This document shows positions 8,187 to 17,245 of a DNA stretch of 38,819 bases, in pieces (positions within the stretch are counted from its first letter, which is position 1; each line of letters begins with the position of its first letter). This stretch comes from Candidatus Heritagella sp. (GTDB lineage Bacteria > Bacillota > Clostridia > Oscillospirales > Acutalibacteraceae). The notes under the pieces were generated by a model. It worked only from the letters and a program-made list of their open reading frames with translations, was not told the DNA's origin and made no database searches. A program made the position numbers and the translations under genes. The stretch lies in the NCBI GenBank assembly GCA_051881655.1, contig JBJEQH010000154.1:1-38819 (forward strand). The letters run 5' to 3'.

Positions 8187-11100
8187 ATGAAAATGCTGTT
8201 TGAGCGCATTGGCCGTCTGCTGCAGGAGCTGGACGAGCGGCGGTATCCCCAGGAGGTGCCGGTGGAGAGCTGGAAAATGAAGCAGACACGCGAGCGCTTT
8301 TCGCCCGAAAAAGGGGTGGAGGATGATGACTGGCAGACCCTGGGTGCGCCGTACCTGTGGGGCGGCCACCGGGAATCCTACTGGTTTTCGGCCCGCGTGA
8401 AAATTCCGGAATCGTTTTCCGGAAAATGTGTGCTGTTCCGGCTGACCACCGGGAAAGAGGGGGAGTGGGATGCCTGCAATCCCCAGTTCTCGGTTTATGT
8501 AAACGGACAGCTGCGCCAGGGATTTGACGTCAACCACCGGGAGCTGCTGCTCAGTGAATGCGCCTGCGCCGGGGAGGAATACCACCTGGTGCTGTCCGCC
8601 TTTACGGGGGATCAGAATTTCAGCCTGTTCCTGAGGGGCAGCCTGGTGGTGCTGGACCGGGAAACCGAGCGGTACTATTACGATGTGAAGGTGCCCTATG
8701 AGATCGCCCGGCTGGAGGACCCGGAATCGCCGGTGTACCGCACCCTTGTGCCGGCGCTGAATCACTCGCTGAATCTGCTGGACCTGCGCCTTTCCGGCGG
8801 CGGAGAGGCGTATACCCGCACCCTGCGCCTGGCGGAAGAGGATCTGCAGGAGAACCTGTACCGGGCCCACGGCGGCCACAGCGAAGCGGCTGTTTTGTGC
8901 GTGGGGCACACCCATATTGACGTGGCCTGGCTGTGGACCCTGGCGGTTACCCGCGATAAGGCAGTGCGCAGCTTTTCCACCGTGCTGGAATTGATGCGCC
9001 GGTACCCGGAGTATGTCTTTATGTCCAGCCAGCCCCAGCTGTATGAATACGTAAAAGAGGACGCTCCCGAAATCTACGAGCAGATCCGCCAGCGCGTGGC
9101 CGAGGGCCGGTGGGAGGTAAACGGCGGCATGTGGCTGGAGGCCGACTGCAACCTGGCTTCCGGAGAATCGCTGGTGCGCCAGTTCCTTCTGGGCAAGCGG
9201 TTTTTCCGGCAGGAGTTTGACAAGGACTGCGATACCCTGTGGCTGCCGGATGTATTCGGATATTCCGCGGCGCTGCCCCAGATCATGCAGAAAAACGGCG
9301 TGCCCTACTTTATGACCACCAAAATCAGCTGGAGCGAATTCAATAAGCTGCCCTACGATACCTTCCAGTGGGAGGGGATTGACGGTACCCGGGTACTGAC
9401 CCACTTTATCCCCACCCGGGATGACCAGCAGGACGATGTGAGCCACGGCGGCAACGATCATTTTACCACCTATAACGGGATGATCAATCCCTCGCAGATC
9501 CGCGGCGGCTGGAAACGCTATCAGCAGAAGGATCTGAACCGGGAAGTGCTGAACAGCTTTGGCTATGGGGATGGCGGCGGCGGCCCTACTCCCGATATGC
9601 TGGAGCAGCAGCGGCGGCTGCATACCGGCCTGCCGGGCTGCCCCAAAACCGAGATGAGCACGGTGTCCGGCTTTTTCCACCGGCTGCAGGACCAGGTGCA
9701 GGGGAAAAAGGAGCTGCCCCTGTGGGTGGGAGAGCTGTACCTCGAGTACCATCGCGGCACCTATACCTCCATGGCGCGCAACAAAAAGTATAACCGCCGG
9801 TCGGAATTTGCCGCCCAAAATGCGGAATTCTACCGGGTGCTGGCCGCCCGGCTGACGGGGATGGAGTACCCGAAAAAGGAGCTGAATGAGCAGTGGAAGC
9901 GCATTCTGCGCAACCAGTTCCACGATATCCTGCCCGGTTCCTCGATTTTTGAGGTGTACGAGGATTCGAAGAACGAGTATGAAACGCTGCTGCAAAACCT
10001 GCGGCAGCTGTCGGAGCCGGCGCTTTTGCGCCTGACCCGGGAAGCCGGCGGGGAAAAGGGAAGCCGGGTGGTCTATAATCCGGGCAGCTTTGCCCATGCG
10101 GATGTGATCACCTGCCGCCTGCCCGAGGGACAGACCCTGCTGGATAACGGTACCCCGCTGCCGGTGCAGCGGCAGAAAGACGGCCGTGCCCGGGTGTTCC
10201 TGCCGGAGGTTCCGGCCCATGGATACCGCGTTTTCCCGGTGGGGCCGGCCGCAGACGGGGGCGGCGGGCTGATGGCGGAAAAGGAAAAATTGGAGAACCG
10301 CTTTTTCCGGATCCTCCTGAACGAAAAGGGGCAGTTTGTCTCGCTGTACGATAAGCGGGAGGACCGCGAGCTGCTGCAGCCGGGCCAGTGCGGGAACGTG
10401 CTGATGACGTACGAGGATAAACCCCATAATTATGACGCCTGGGACGTGAACTGCTATTACACCGAGAAGAGCTGGCCGGTGGATCAGGTGGAATCCATCG
10501 AGGTGACCGGGTGCGGCGATGTGCAGGCCAGCCTGACGGTGACGTGGACCTACCTCTCCTCCCGGATCCGCCAGACCATCACGCTGTACCGGGATGTGCC
10601 CCGGATCGACCTGCACCACGAGATCGACTGGAAGGAATCCCAGATTTTCCTCAAACTGTGGTTCCCGCTGGACATCCACACCAACGAGGCCACCTATGAG
10701 ATTCAGTACGGCAATGTCACCCGGCCCACCCACCGGAATACCTCGTGGGATATGGCCCGGTTCGAGGTGTGCTGCCACAAGTGGATGGATCTGTCGGAGG
10801 ATGGGTACGGTGTCAGTATTTTGAATGACTGCAAGTACGGCTGCAGCGTGGAGAGCGGGAAGGTGGGGCTGTCCCTGCTCAAATCCGCCATCTACCCCAA
10901 CCCGGCGGCCGATAAGGAACACCATGTATTCACCTATGCGCTGTATCCCCATCAGGGATCGTGGCGGCAGGCCGGTACGGTGGAGCAGGCCTACCGGCTG
11001 AACAACCCGCTGATGGTGACAGAGAAGGAGAACGACGGCGGTACGCTGCCCGGTACCTTCTCGCTGGTCCGCTGCGAGGCGGAAAACGTGGTGGTGGAAG

Positions 11101-11318
11101 TAGTCAAGCAGGCCGAGGACAGCGAGGATTGGATTGTGCGCCTGTATGAGTACGCCAACCGGCGCACCCGCACCCGGCTGCAGCTGCCCTTCCCGGTGAA
11201 AAAGGCGGTGCTGTGCGATATGCAGGAACAGGATGGGAAGGAACTGCCCGTACAGGGGGATGCCGTCTCCCTCGCGCTGCGCCCGTTTGAGATCCAGACC
11301 CTCCGAGTCTCATTTTAA
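8187..11318 (+). CDS. GH38 alpha-mannosidase (cytoplasmic, no signal peptide seen)
   Basis: GHTHIDVAWLW metal-site motif plus the downstream GGMW and FGYS segments typical of GH38. Length is about 1040 aa. I prefer ATG 8187 (GGAGGAGGAAA at 8168-8178). The ORF is open from 8157. Confidence 0.88.
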   Translation: MKMLFERIGRLLQELDERRYPQEVPVESWKMKQTRERFSPEKGVEDDDWQTLGAPYLWGGHRESYWFSARVKIPESFSGKCVLFRLTTGKEGEWDACNPQFSVYVNGQLRQGFDVNHRELLLSECACAGEEYHLVLSAFTGDQNFSLFLRGSLVVLDRETERYYYDVKVPYEIARLEDPESPVYRTLVPALNHSLNLLDLRLSGGGEAYTRTLRLAEEDLQENLYRAHGGHSEAAVLCVGHTHIDVAWLWTLAVTRDKAVRSFSTVLELMRRYPEYVFMSSQPQLYEYVKEDAPEIYEQIRQRVAEGRWEVNGGMWLEADCNLASGESLVRQFLLGKRFFRQEFDKDCDTLWLPDVFGYSAALPQIMQKNGVPYFMTTKISWSEFNKLPYDTFQWEGIDGTRVLTHFIPTRDDQQDDVSHGGNDHFTTYNGMINPSQIRGGWKRYQQKDLNREVLNSFGYGDGGGGPTPDMLEQQRRLHTGLPGCPKTEMSTVSGFFHRLQDQVQGKKELPLWVGELYLEYHRGTYTSMARNKKYNRRSEFAAQNAEFYRVLAARLTGMEYPKKELNEQWKRILRNQFHDILPGSSIFEVYEDSKNEYETLLQNLRQLSEPALLRLTREAGGEKGSRVVYNPGSFAHADVITCRLPEGQTLLDNGTPLPVQRQKDGRARVFLPEVPAHGYRVFPVGPAADGGGGLMAEKEKLENRFFRILLNEKGQFVSLYDKREDRELLQPGQCGNVLMTYEDKPHNYDAWDVNCYYTEKSWPVDQVESIEVTGCGDVQASLTVTWTYLSSRIRQTITLYRDVPRIDLHHEIDWKESQIFLKLWFPLDIHTNEATYEIQYGNVTRPTHRNTSWDMARFEVCCHKWMDLSEDGYGVSILNDCKYGCSVESGKVGLSLLKSAIYPNPAADKEHHVFTYALYPHQGSWRQAGTVEQAYRLNNPLMVTEKENDGGTLPGTFSLVRCEAENVVVEVVKQAEDSEDWIVRLYEYANRRTRTRLQLPFPVKKAVLCDMQEQDGKELPVQGDAVSLALRPFEIQTLRVSF

Positions 11319-11365
11319 GAGGGAAAATTTGAGAAAATTTCCGTTTTCCTGAGTTTCCGAAAATC

Positions 11366-11417
11366 AAAACCGCCGAAGCGTGGTACCCCTTTACAAAGGG
11401 TCCGCTCCGGCGGTTTT
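11366..11417. terminator. Bidirectional terminator between the convergent GH38 and AKR genes
   Basis: aaaaccgccg (11366-11375) pairs with cggcggtttt (11408-11417), with further imperfect inner pairing. A/T tracts lie on both sides. Confidence 0.7.
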
Positions 11418-11451
11418 CTGTTGTTACAAACAGGATTTTTATGAAAAGATA

Positions 11452-12573
11452 TTACTCAAAGTAACCGGCCACATCCTTCAGGTACTGAATGACCGGCAGA
11501 TGCTGGGGGCAGACCCCTTCGCACTGGCCGCAGGCAATACAGTCGCTGGCTTTCCCGAAATCCTTTGTCAGGTTCTGGTAATATTCCCCCTGGGGCCGCC
11601 AACCCTTTCCCTTTACTTCCTGCTTATCCGCATTGTACAGCGAGAAGTAGCGTGGAATCGGGATATTCATGGGACAGCCGTCGGTGCAGTAGGAACAGCC
11701 GGTGCAGGGCACCGCGATATTGCGGTTAATCATCGCCACGGCCCGGCGGATAATCGCCTGCTCCTCTTCGTTCAGGGGCTGCATATCCGCCATGTAACCG
11801 GTGTTGTCCAGTAGCTGTTCCATGTTGCTCATGCCGCTGAGGACGATCTGCACATTGGGCAGGCTGGCGGCAAAGCGGATTGCCCAGGAGGGAACGGACA
11901 GCTCCGGATGATACGCCCGGAAAGCCGCTTCCACCTCTTCGGGGACATTGGCGAGGGTGCCGCCCTTTACGGGCTCCATTACAAAAACGGGCACATGGTG
12001 TTTTACGGCCACTTCATAGCATTTTCTCGACTGCACCCCCAGACTGTCCCAGTCCAGGTAGTTCAGCTGCAGCTGGACAAACTCCATTTCGGGGTGTTCC
12101 TGCAGAACGCGGTCGAGCAGATCGGCGTGATCATGGAAGGAAAACCCGATTTTTTTCACCAGCCCCTGGGCTTTCTTCTCCTTCAGCCAGGTAAAGCAGT
12201 CCAGGTCGTTATAGATCTCGTAGTGGCGGGAATTGATATCGTGCAGCAGGTAATAATCGAAGTACTCCACCCCGGTTTTCCGGCGCTGTTCCTCAAAAAT
12301 GCGGTCACGGTCCTCTTTTGTCTTCAGAAACCCGGCGTGCAGTTTGGTGGCCAGCGTAAAGCTGCCCCGGGGATGGCGGGAGACCAGTGCCTCGCGGGCC
12401 GCGTTTTCGCTTTGAAAACCGCAGTACATCCAGGCGGTGTCAAAATAGGTAAAGCCCCGCTCCAAAAAGGTATCCACCATCTTTTTGGTCTGCTCCATGT
12501 CGATTTTCGACGGGTCGTCCGCATCCAGCGACGGCAGCCGCATCAGGCCAAAGCCCAGTTTTTTCGTTCCCAT
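11452..12573 (-). CDS. Aldo/keto reductase with a C-terminal 2x[4Fe-4S] ferredoxin-like domain
   Basis: N-terminal LGFGLMRLP...YFDTAW AKR pattern. The C-terminus has [12 protein letters not shown] and [12 protein letters not shown] cluster motifs. AGGAGG lies 7 nt before the ATG. Confidence 0.88.
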   Translation of the reverse strand: MGTKKLGFGLMRLPSLDADDPSKIDMEQTKKMVDTFLERGFTYFDTAWMYCGFQSENAAREALVSRHPRGSFTLATKLHAGFLKTKEDRDRIFEEQRRKTGVEYFDYYLLHDINSRHYEIYNDLDCFTWLKEKKAQGLVKKIGFSFHDHADLLDRVLQEHPEMEFVQLQLNYLDWDSLGVQSRKCYEVAVKHHVPVFVMEPVKGGTLANVPEEVEAAFRAYHPELSVPSWAIRFAASLPNVQIVLSGMSNMEQLLDNTGYMADMQPLNEEEQAIIRRAVAMINRNIAVPCTGCSYCTDGCPMNIPIPRYFSLYNADKQEVKGKGWRPQGEYYQNLTKDFGKASDCIACGQCEGVCPQHLPVIQYLKDVAGYFE

Positions 12574-12630
12574 CCGTATTCCTCCTGTCCCGGGGCCTGT
12601 TGAGGCCCATCCTTTTGTTTTTCTCTCTTC

Positions 12631-12659
12631 AGTATAAAGAAAAACGGATCAAAAGACAA
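12631..12659 (-). promoter_or_regulatory. Candidate promoter of the AKR gene
   Basis: The minus strand reads TTGTCT, 17-nt spacer, TATACT. Confidence 0.4.
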
Positions 12660-12722
12660 ATGCCTGTTTTCAATGATGGCCCATGCCGGAAAAGCAGTGT
12701 GCATGGAGAGAAGATGTTCCAA

Positions 12723-14108
12723 TCAAGCCAACTGCTGCAGCAGGGAAATCACAATGGGCATGGCGGCGGTGCGGCCATAGCCGCCCTCTTCCACCACCAC
12801 GGCAAAGGCATAGGGAGTGTCCGGGTTGCGGCAGTAGCCGAAGAACCAGGCGGTATCCTTCTTATCGTCTCCCACTTCGGCGGTACCGGTTTTGCCGCAG
12901 ACCTCCATCCCCGCCGGGAAATTGCTGTCACCGTAATCGACAATGACGTCATTTCGCATCAGCTCATCCAGAACGGCGGCGGTGCTGCTGTCCAGCAGGG
13001 TCAGATAGCTCGTCTCCGGGGTGGACACAATGCCGTTCCCATCGGTGATGGACGAGATGATGTGGGGGGTAACGGCCCGGCCGCCGTTGGCGATGGCGTT
13101 GGCGGCCAGCATCATGTGATAAGGGGTGACCTCGGTGGTGTACTGGCCGATGCCCGCCCAGCCGATTTCGTCCTCTGTGGCGCCGTCCAGGTTGATGCGG
13201 CTGGCCTTTACGGTGATGCCGTCCAGATCCCAGTTGCGGTCAAAGCCCATCTGCTTACACGTATCGGTCAGGGCCTCGGCCCCCAGATCCACCGCCAGAT
13301 CGGCGTACAGAATGTTGCACGATACAGCCAGCCCCTGCCGGATATCCAGTGTGCCGTGGGTTCCCATGCAGGTGATGGGATTGCCGTTGATGATCTCTTT
13401 GCCCTCGCAGGTATAGGTGCGCGTATCCCAGTCGGAAAAATGCTGGATGGCGCTGGCCGCGGTAAAGACCTTGAACGTGGAGCCCGGGGCATAGGTGACC
13501 GACAGCGTGCGGTCGTAATAGGCCCCTTTGTACTGATTGTTGGTCTCGATATCCGCAGGCAGGTTTTCGGGATCAAAGGTGGGGGTGCTGACCTTGCACA
13601 GGATATCACCGGTTTTGTAATTCATCAGGATCACGGCACCCTTGTAATTGCCCAGCCCCTGCAGCGCCGTCTGGCACAGCGAGGCATCCAGCGTCAGCTC
13701 AATGGTGCTGCCGGAGGAGCTGTTTTGAATCTGATTGACACCGGTAATGGGATTATAGCCCAGCAGCTGGGCCCGGTATTGCAGCTGTATGCCGGTGGAA
13801 ATACTGCCGTTTAGGTCCCCCACCGTGTGCAGGGTGGCCTTGCGGATGGACAGGTCATCGTTATACTGCCGCTCACCGTCCTTTGTTTCCACCAGAGTGA
13901 CGCCGCTGCGGTCGGTAATGGTGCCGGACCAGATGGCCTCGCCTCCGGCCTGCACCTCGGTGGTCTCGGTTTTCAGATGCCGGTTATAGGGCTGCATGGC
14001 CCACATGTCCCCCTCGGTCACCAGGCGGAACAGAAAAACGCCCATTCCAAAGAGGAACAGCCCGGTCAGCAGATAAAGGGTTAAGGAACGCCAACCCTGT
14101 GTTCTCAT
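12723..14108 (-). CDS. Class B penicillin-binding protein (PBP2/PbpA-like transpeptidase)
   Basis: N-terminal TM anchor, then the SxxK (GSTFK), SxN (VSCN) and KTGT (CGKTGTAEV) motifs in the correct order. Confidence 0.9.
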   Translation of the reverse strand: MRTQGWRSLTLYLLTGLFLFGMGVFLFRLVTEGDMWAMQPYNRHLKTETTEVQAGGEAIWSGTITDRSGVTLVETKDGERQYNDDLSIRKATLHTVGDLNGSISTGIQLQYRAQLLGYNPITGVNQIQNSSSGSTIELTLDASLCQTALQGLGNYKGAVILMNYKTGDILCKVSTPTFDPENLPADIETNNQYKGAYYDRTLSVTYAPGSTFKVFTAASAIQHFSDWDTRTYTCEGKEIINGNPITCMGTHGTLDIRQGLAVSCNILYADLAVDLGAEALTDTCKQMGFDRNWDLDGITVKASRINLDGATEDEIGWAGIGQYTTEVTPYHMMLAANAIANGGRAVTPHIISSITDGNGIVSTPETSYLTLLDSSTAAVLDELMRNDVIVDYGDSNFPAGMEVCGKTGTAEVGDDKKDTAWFFGYCRNPDTPYAFAVVVEEGGYGRTAAMPIVISLLQQLA

Positions 14109-15799
14109 GCGCTTCGCCTCCTTGCCGCATAGGTTCGTTCGTCGCTGGCCTTAATAAACGAGAGCAGTCCCCACACCGCCATCATGGAGGAGCCGCCTGC
14201 ACTGATAAAGGGCAGGGTCACGCCGGTCAGGGGCAGGATGTCCGTGGGGCCCAACACATTCAGGGCCGTCTGGAACAGCAGCAGGCCGGCGGCCGCGCAG
14301 GCGGTGATGGAGTAGAAGGTGGAGCGGCTGCGGGTGACATCGCTGCGGGCATAGAAGATGAACAGCACCATGGCCAGCAAAACCAGCAGGGCGAGCAGAA
14401 TCCCCTGTTCTTCGCACAGCATGCCGAATACCAGGTCGCTGTTGCCCTCCGGCATATGGACCAGGTACCCTTTGCCCAGACCCACACCGAAGAAACCGCC
14501 GCTGGCGATGTACGTCAGGGTGCGGCTCTGCTGATAGCCCAGCCCGTTTATATCGTCCCACACATGGCCCCAAACGGAGAAGCGGTCCGCCGCATAGGGC
14601 TTAAGCTGCAGGAACATGAACAGACCCAGCGCCACCAGTGCCGTGGCCAGAAACACGGTGCGCAGGCTGCCCGAGCGCATAAAGGCGATCAGCAGAAAAG
14701 TGATGAAGAAAATGGCGGCCGAGCCCATATCGTGCATCAGAACAAAGCAGGCCCCGCAGGCAATGCCGAACAGAATGAATTCGGTCAGGTTGCGGCGGGT
14801 CTGCAGGCGGTCCAGGGTGGCGGCTCCGCCGAAAATAAATGCGATCTTTACAAATTCACCGGGCTGAATGCTGACCGGCCCCAGATAAATCCAGTTTTTC
14901 GCCCCGTTAATCGAGGTGCCGATCACCAGTGTCAGCCCCAACAGCAGTACGCCGAAAATGGCGATGTACCGCCGCCACTGGTTCACCCGGTCCAGGTTCC
15001 CCATAAACCAGATCAAAAAGGTGAACAGAATCAGGCCGCCCACCATGGCGACCAGTTGGGTGACCACTACGCCCGTGCTCATGCTGGTCTGCAGGAAAAT
15101 CCCGATCCCCGATAAAAGCAGACCGACGGTCTCTACCTCGAAGGAGATGTGATCCAGCACATGGGTGCAGAACAGATAGAAGAAAATTTCGATCAGCGCC
15201 AGCATGCCCCACAGCAGAAAAACCTCCGGGCGCCAGGGGTCGCCGGAGCAGCAGACCTGCACAGCCAGCAGCAGATGGATCAGCACCGTCAGGGCCAGCA
15301 GGCCCGCCGGGGATGGAATGCGCCGGAACGGCACGGTGCTGGTGCGCGAATCGGCCCCCTCGGCGCGGATCAGCATCAGGGTGGTGCTGCCAAAAGTCAG
15401 GCGGTCGCCGGGCAGAATCGTGTGGGTGCCCTTAATTTTCACCCCGTTTACGCGGGTGCCGGATTTCGAGCCGGTATCCGTAATCTGCCAGCCGGATTCC
15501 CGGCGCATCAGTACGGCGTGGTCACGGCTCATGGTGCCGTCGGCAATGGTAATATCGCAGCTCTTGCTGCGGCCAATGGAATTTTCCCAGTACAGAACCG
15601 GAATTTTGCTGTTGGTCACTACATTCTGCAGCATGACCACCGGGGCAGCCTTCCGGCGGGAGCGGCGCACGGAAAAAAAGCACCGCAGAATCACCCACAA
15701 ACTGAGCAGCGGTACCAGAATGCGGAGAACCAGCAGGAGAATGTCCTGAGTGCCGGACAAAACCGTCAGGAACTGCTCCCATCCTTCAGAAAACGACAT
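14105..15799 (-). CDS. FHA-domain / SEDS (RodA/FtsW/SpoVE family) fusion protein
   Basis: One TM helix, then FHA hallmarks (IGRS...SRDHAVL...GTRVNG, about 15365-15640), then a roughly 400-aa polytopic SEDS body. AAGGAGGG RBS. An ATGA overlap joins it to the PBP gene. Confidence 0.88.
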   Translation of the reverse strand: MSFSEGWEQFLTVLSGTQDILLLVLRILVPLLSLWVILRCFFSVRRSRRKAAPVVMLQNVVTNSKIPVLYWENSIGRSKSCDITIADGTMSRDHAVLMRRESGWQITDTGSKSGTRVNGVKIKGTHTILPGDRLTFGSTTLMLIRAEGADSRTSTVPFRRIPSPAGLLALTVLIHLLLAVQVCCSGDPWRPEVFLLWGMLALIEIFFYLFCTHVLDHISFEVETVGLLLSGIGIFLQTSMSTGVVVTQLVAMVGGLILFTFLIWFMGNLDRVNQWRRYIAIFGVLLLGLTLVIGTSINGAKNWIYLGPVSIQPGEFVKIAFIFGGAATLDRLQTRRNLTEFILFGIACGACFVLMHDMGSAAIFFITFLLIAFMRSGSLRTVFLATALVALGLFMFLQLKPYAADRFSVWGHVWDDINGLGYQQSRTLTYIASGGFFGVGLGKGYLVHMPEGNSDLVFGMLCEEQGILLALLVLLAMVLFIFYARSDVTRSRSTFYSITACAAAGLLLFQTALNVLGPTDILPLTGVTLPFISAGGSSMMAVWGLLSFIKASDERTYAARRRSA

Positions 15800-15923
15800 A
15801 AATTCCCTCCTTTTTCAGGTGAAATCATCCGCCAGCGGGCAAAAGCCCCGCTTTTCTTTTCAGTATACCCCATACTTTTGAAGAAGCTGTGAATAACCAA
15901 AGGCAACACCGGCGGATTTGGGT

Positions 15924-15966
15924 AAAAAAGTCCCGCCGGAGCTGCTTTTTCGCCAGGCGGCGGGAC
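15924..15966 (-). terminator. Rho-independent terminator of the lipoprotein gene
   Basis: gtcccgcc (15930-15937) pairs with ggcgggac (15959-15966). On the minus strand it is followed by TTTTTT (complement of 15924-15929). Confidence 0.6.
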
Positions 15967-15999
15967 GGCAGGACGGCGGGACAAAGGTTCATCGGATTC

Positions 16000-17106
16000 T
16001 CAGTCCTCGGGAGTGGGTGTGGGCGTAGCCGTGGAAGAGAATTTTTCCACAAACATGGCCGGGTCATAGGCTCCGACCACTTCACTGTTCCACTCGATAT
16101 CGGTAAGGGAATCAGCCCCTTCTTTCAGCATGGCGTCAAATTCGTCGCCGCGCATCTCGCTGAGGATAGCGCTGCGGGTGCCGTCGCTCTCCAAATGCTG
16201 CTGGCATTCGTCAAAAATCGGATTTTTCTGCAAAATCACGTACAAATGCTGCTCGGGCAGCCCGAAGGTGACAACCTCCCCTTCCTTTATCTCCGCCAGT
16301 TTCCCGAGAAAATCCTCCGGATACAGCAGGCTCTCGCTGGTGGGGTCGATGGTGTCCTGTGTCAGAAGATCATAGGAAGCCTCGCTCTTCTCCTTATAGG
16401 CCTGCGCTGCCTTTTCCATGGTGCTGTTCCCCTCACGGATGGAGAGGGCATACCCGTCAAACGTATCGGTAACTTCCTTCTTCGCGTCCCCGTCCATTTC
16501 CACGGTTTCGCCGTCTTCGTTCTTCGTGGTCAGGGAAGCACAGAAATACTGAAAGGTCACATATTTGTTGTCGTAATACTCGTGGATTTCCTCGTCGGAG
16601 ACCTCTTTTTCTCCGCCTTTTCCATAGATATCCATGAAGACGGCGGCGTACATCACGGCGTACCGGGCATAGGCACGGGAGAAGGACTCCTGAGAAATCC
16701 CGTAGGAATCAAAGGTGCTGCCCAGGCTGGACCAGTAGTTGGAGGCCATGCTCTTGACGGTGCTCTCCTGTTCCGGCGAGAGAGTCAGATCCCGTTCCTC
16801 CATCAGTTGCTCCACATAGAACAGGCGACGAGTCAGGGACTTGGCTTCCTCCAAAATCCAGTCAGAGGCCTTCATGCCGTCGAACTCCGTGTCCATCAGC
16901 GGCACGGTTTTGTCGGTGCGGCTGTTTTCCGCCTCGTTAAAAGCGGCGAACAGCTCGTAAATATACACGCCCGTGGCCAGGGTGTCGTCCCCGCGCTTGG
17001 CGCTCCAGGTTTTTGATTCCGAGTAACAGCCGGTGCAAACTCCCAACAGGAGCATCGCGCTCAGCAGCGCGGCCAGCCCTTTTTTACCCCATTTTTTCAT
17101 GTTCAT
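16000..17106 (-). CDS. Putative lipoprotein, PrsA/SurA-like foldase candidate
   Basis: Signal peptide with Cys (AMLLLGVCTGC). The position directly downstream of mfd is where Firmicutes often carry a PrsA-type gene. There is a weak parvulin-like tail (IKEGEVVTFGLPEQHLYVILQKN). The functional call is tentative. Confidence 0.7.
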   Translation of the reverse strand: MNMKKWGKKGLAALLSAMLLLGVCTGCYSESKTWSAKRGDDTLATGVYIYELFAAFNEAENSRTDKTVPLMDTEFDGMKASDWILEEAKSLTRRLFYVEQLMEERDLTLSPEQESTVKSMASNYWSSLGSTFDSYGISQESFSRAYARYAVMYAAVFMDIYGKGGEKEVSDEEIHEYYDNKYVTFQYFCASLTTKNEDGETVEMDGDAKKEVTDTFDGYALSIREGNSTMEKAAQAYKEKSEASYDLLTQDTIDPTSESLLYPEDFLGKLAEIKEGEVVTFGLPEQHLYVILQKNPIFDECQQHLESDGTRSAILSEMRGDEFDAMLKEGADSLTDIEWNSEVVGAYDPAMFVEKFSSTATPTPTPED

Positions 17107-17179
17107 AATCCTACCCTTTCTTTTCCGTCCTGCCGGTCCGAATCCGGCGGCCCGCCCTCTGGCGGCAAAACTGACTTCT

Positions 17180-17208
17180 ATTATACCGTGCCTGGGTGCG
17201 TTTGTCCA
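17180..17208 (-). promoter_or_regulatory. Candidate promoter of the lipoprotein gene
   Basis: The minus strand reads TGGACA, 17-nt spacer, TATAAT. Confidence 0.45.
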
Positions 17209-17245
17209 GAATCTTCCTGCCGCCGCGGGGGGATTTTGGCCGGAT

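Noticed and set aside
7980-10952. 990-aa ORF on the minus strand
   Set aside because: It is antisense to the GH38 mannosidase gene. The product is low-complexity (G/A/P/Q/H/L-rich) with no motifs. This is a typical stop-poor shadow frame in GC-rich DNA.
12600-17016. Plus-strand ORFs 12600-13814, 14099-15115, 15149-15892 and 15889-17016
   Set aside because: They are antisense to the PBP, FHA-RodA and lipoprotein genes, and their products are Gly/Ala/Gln/His-rich with no domains.
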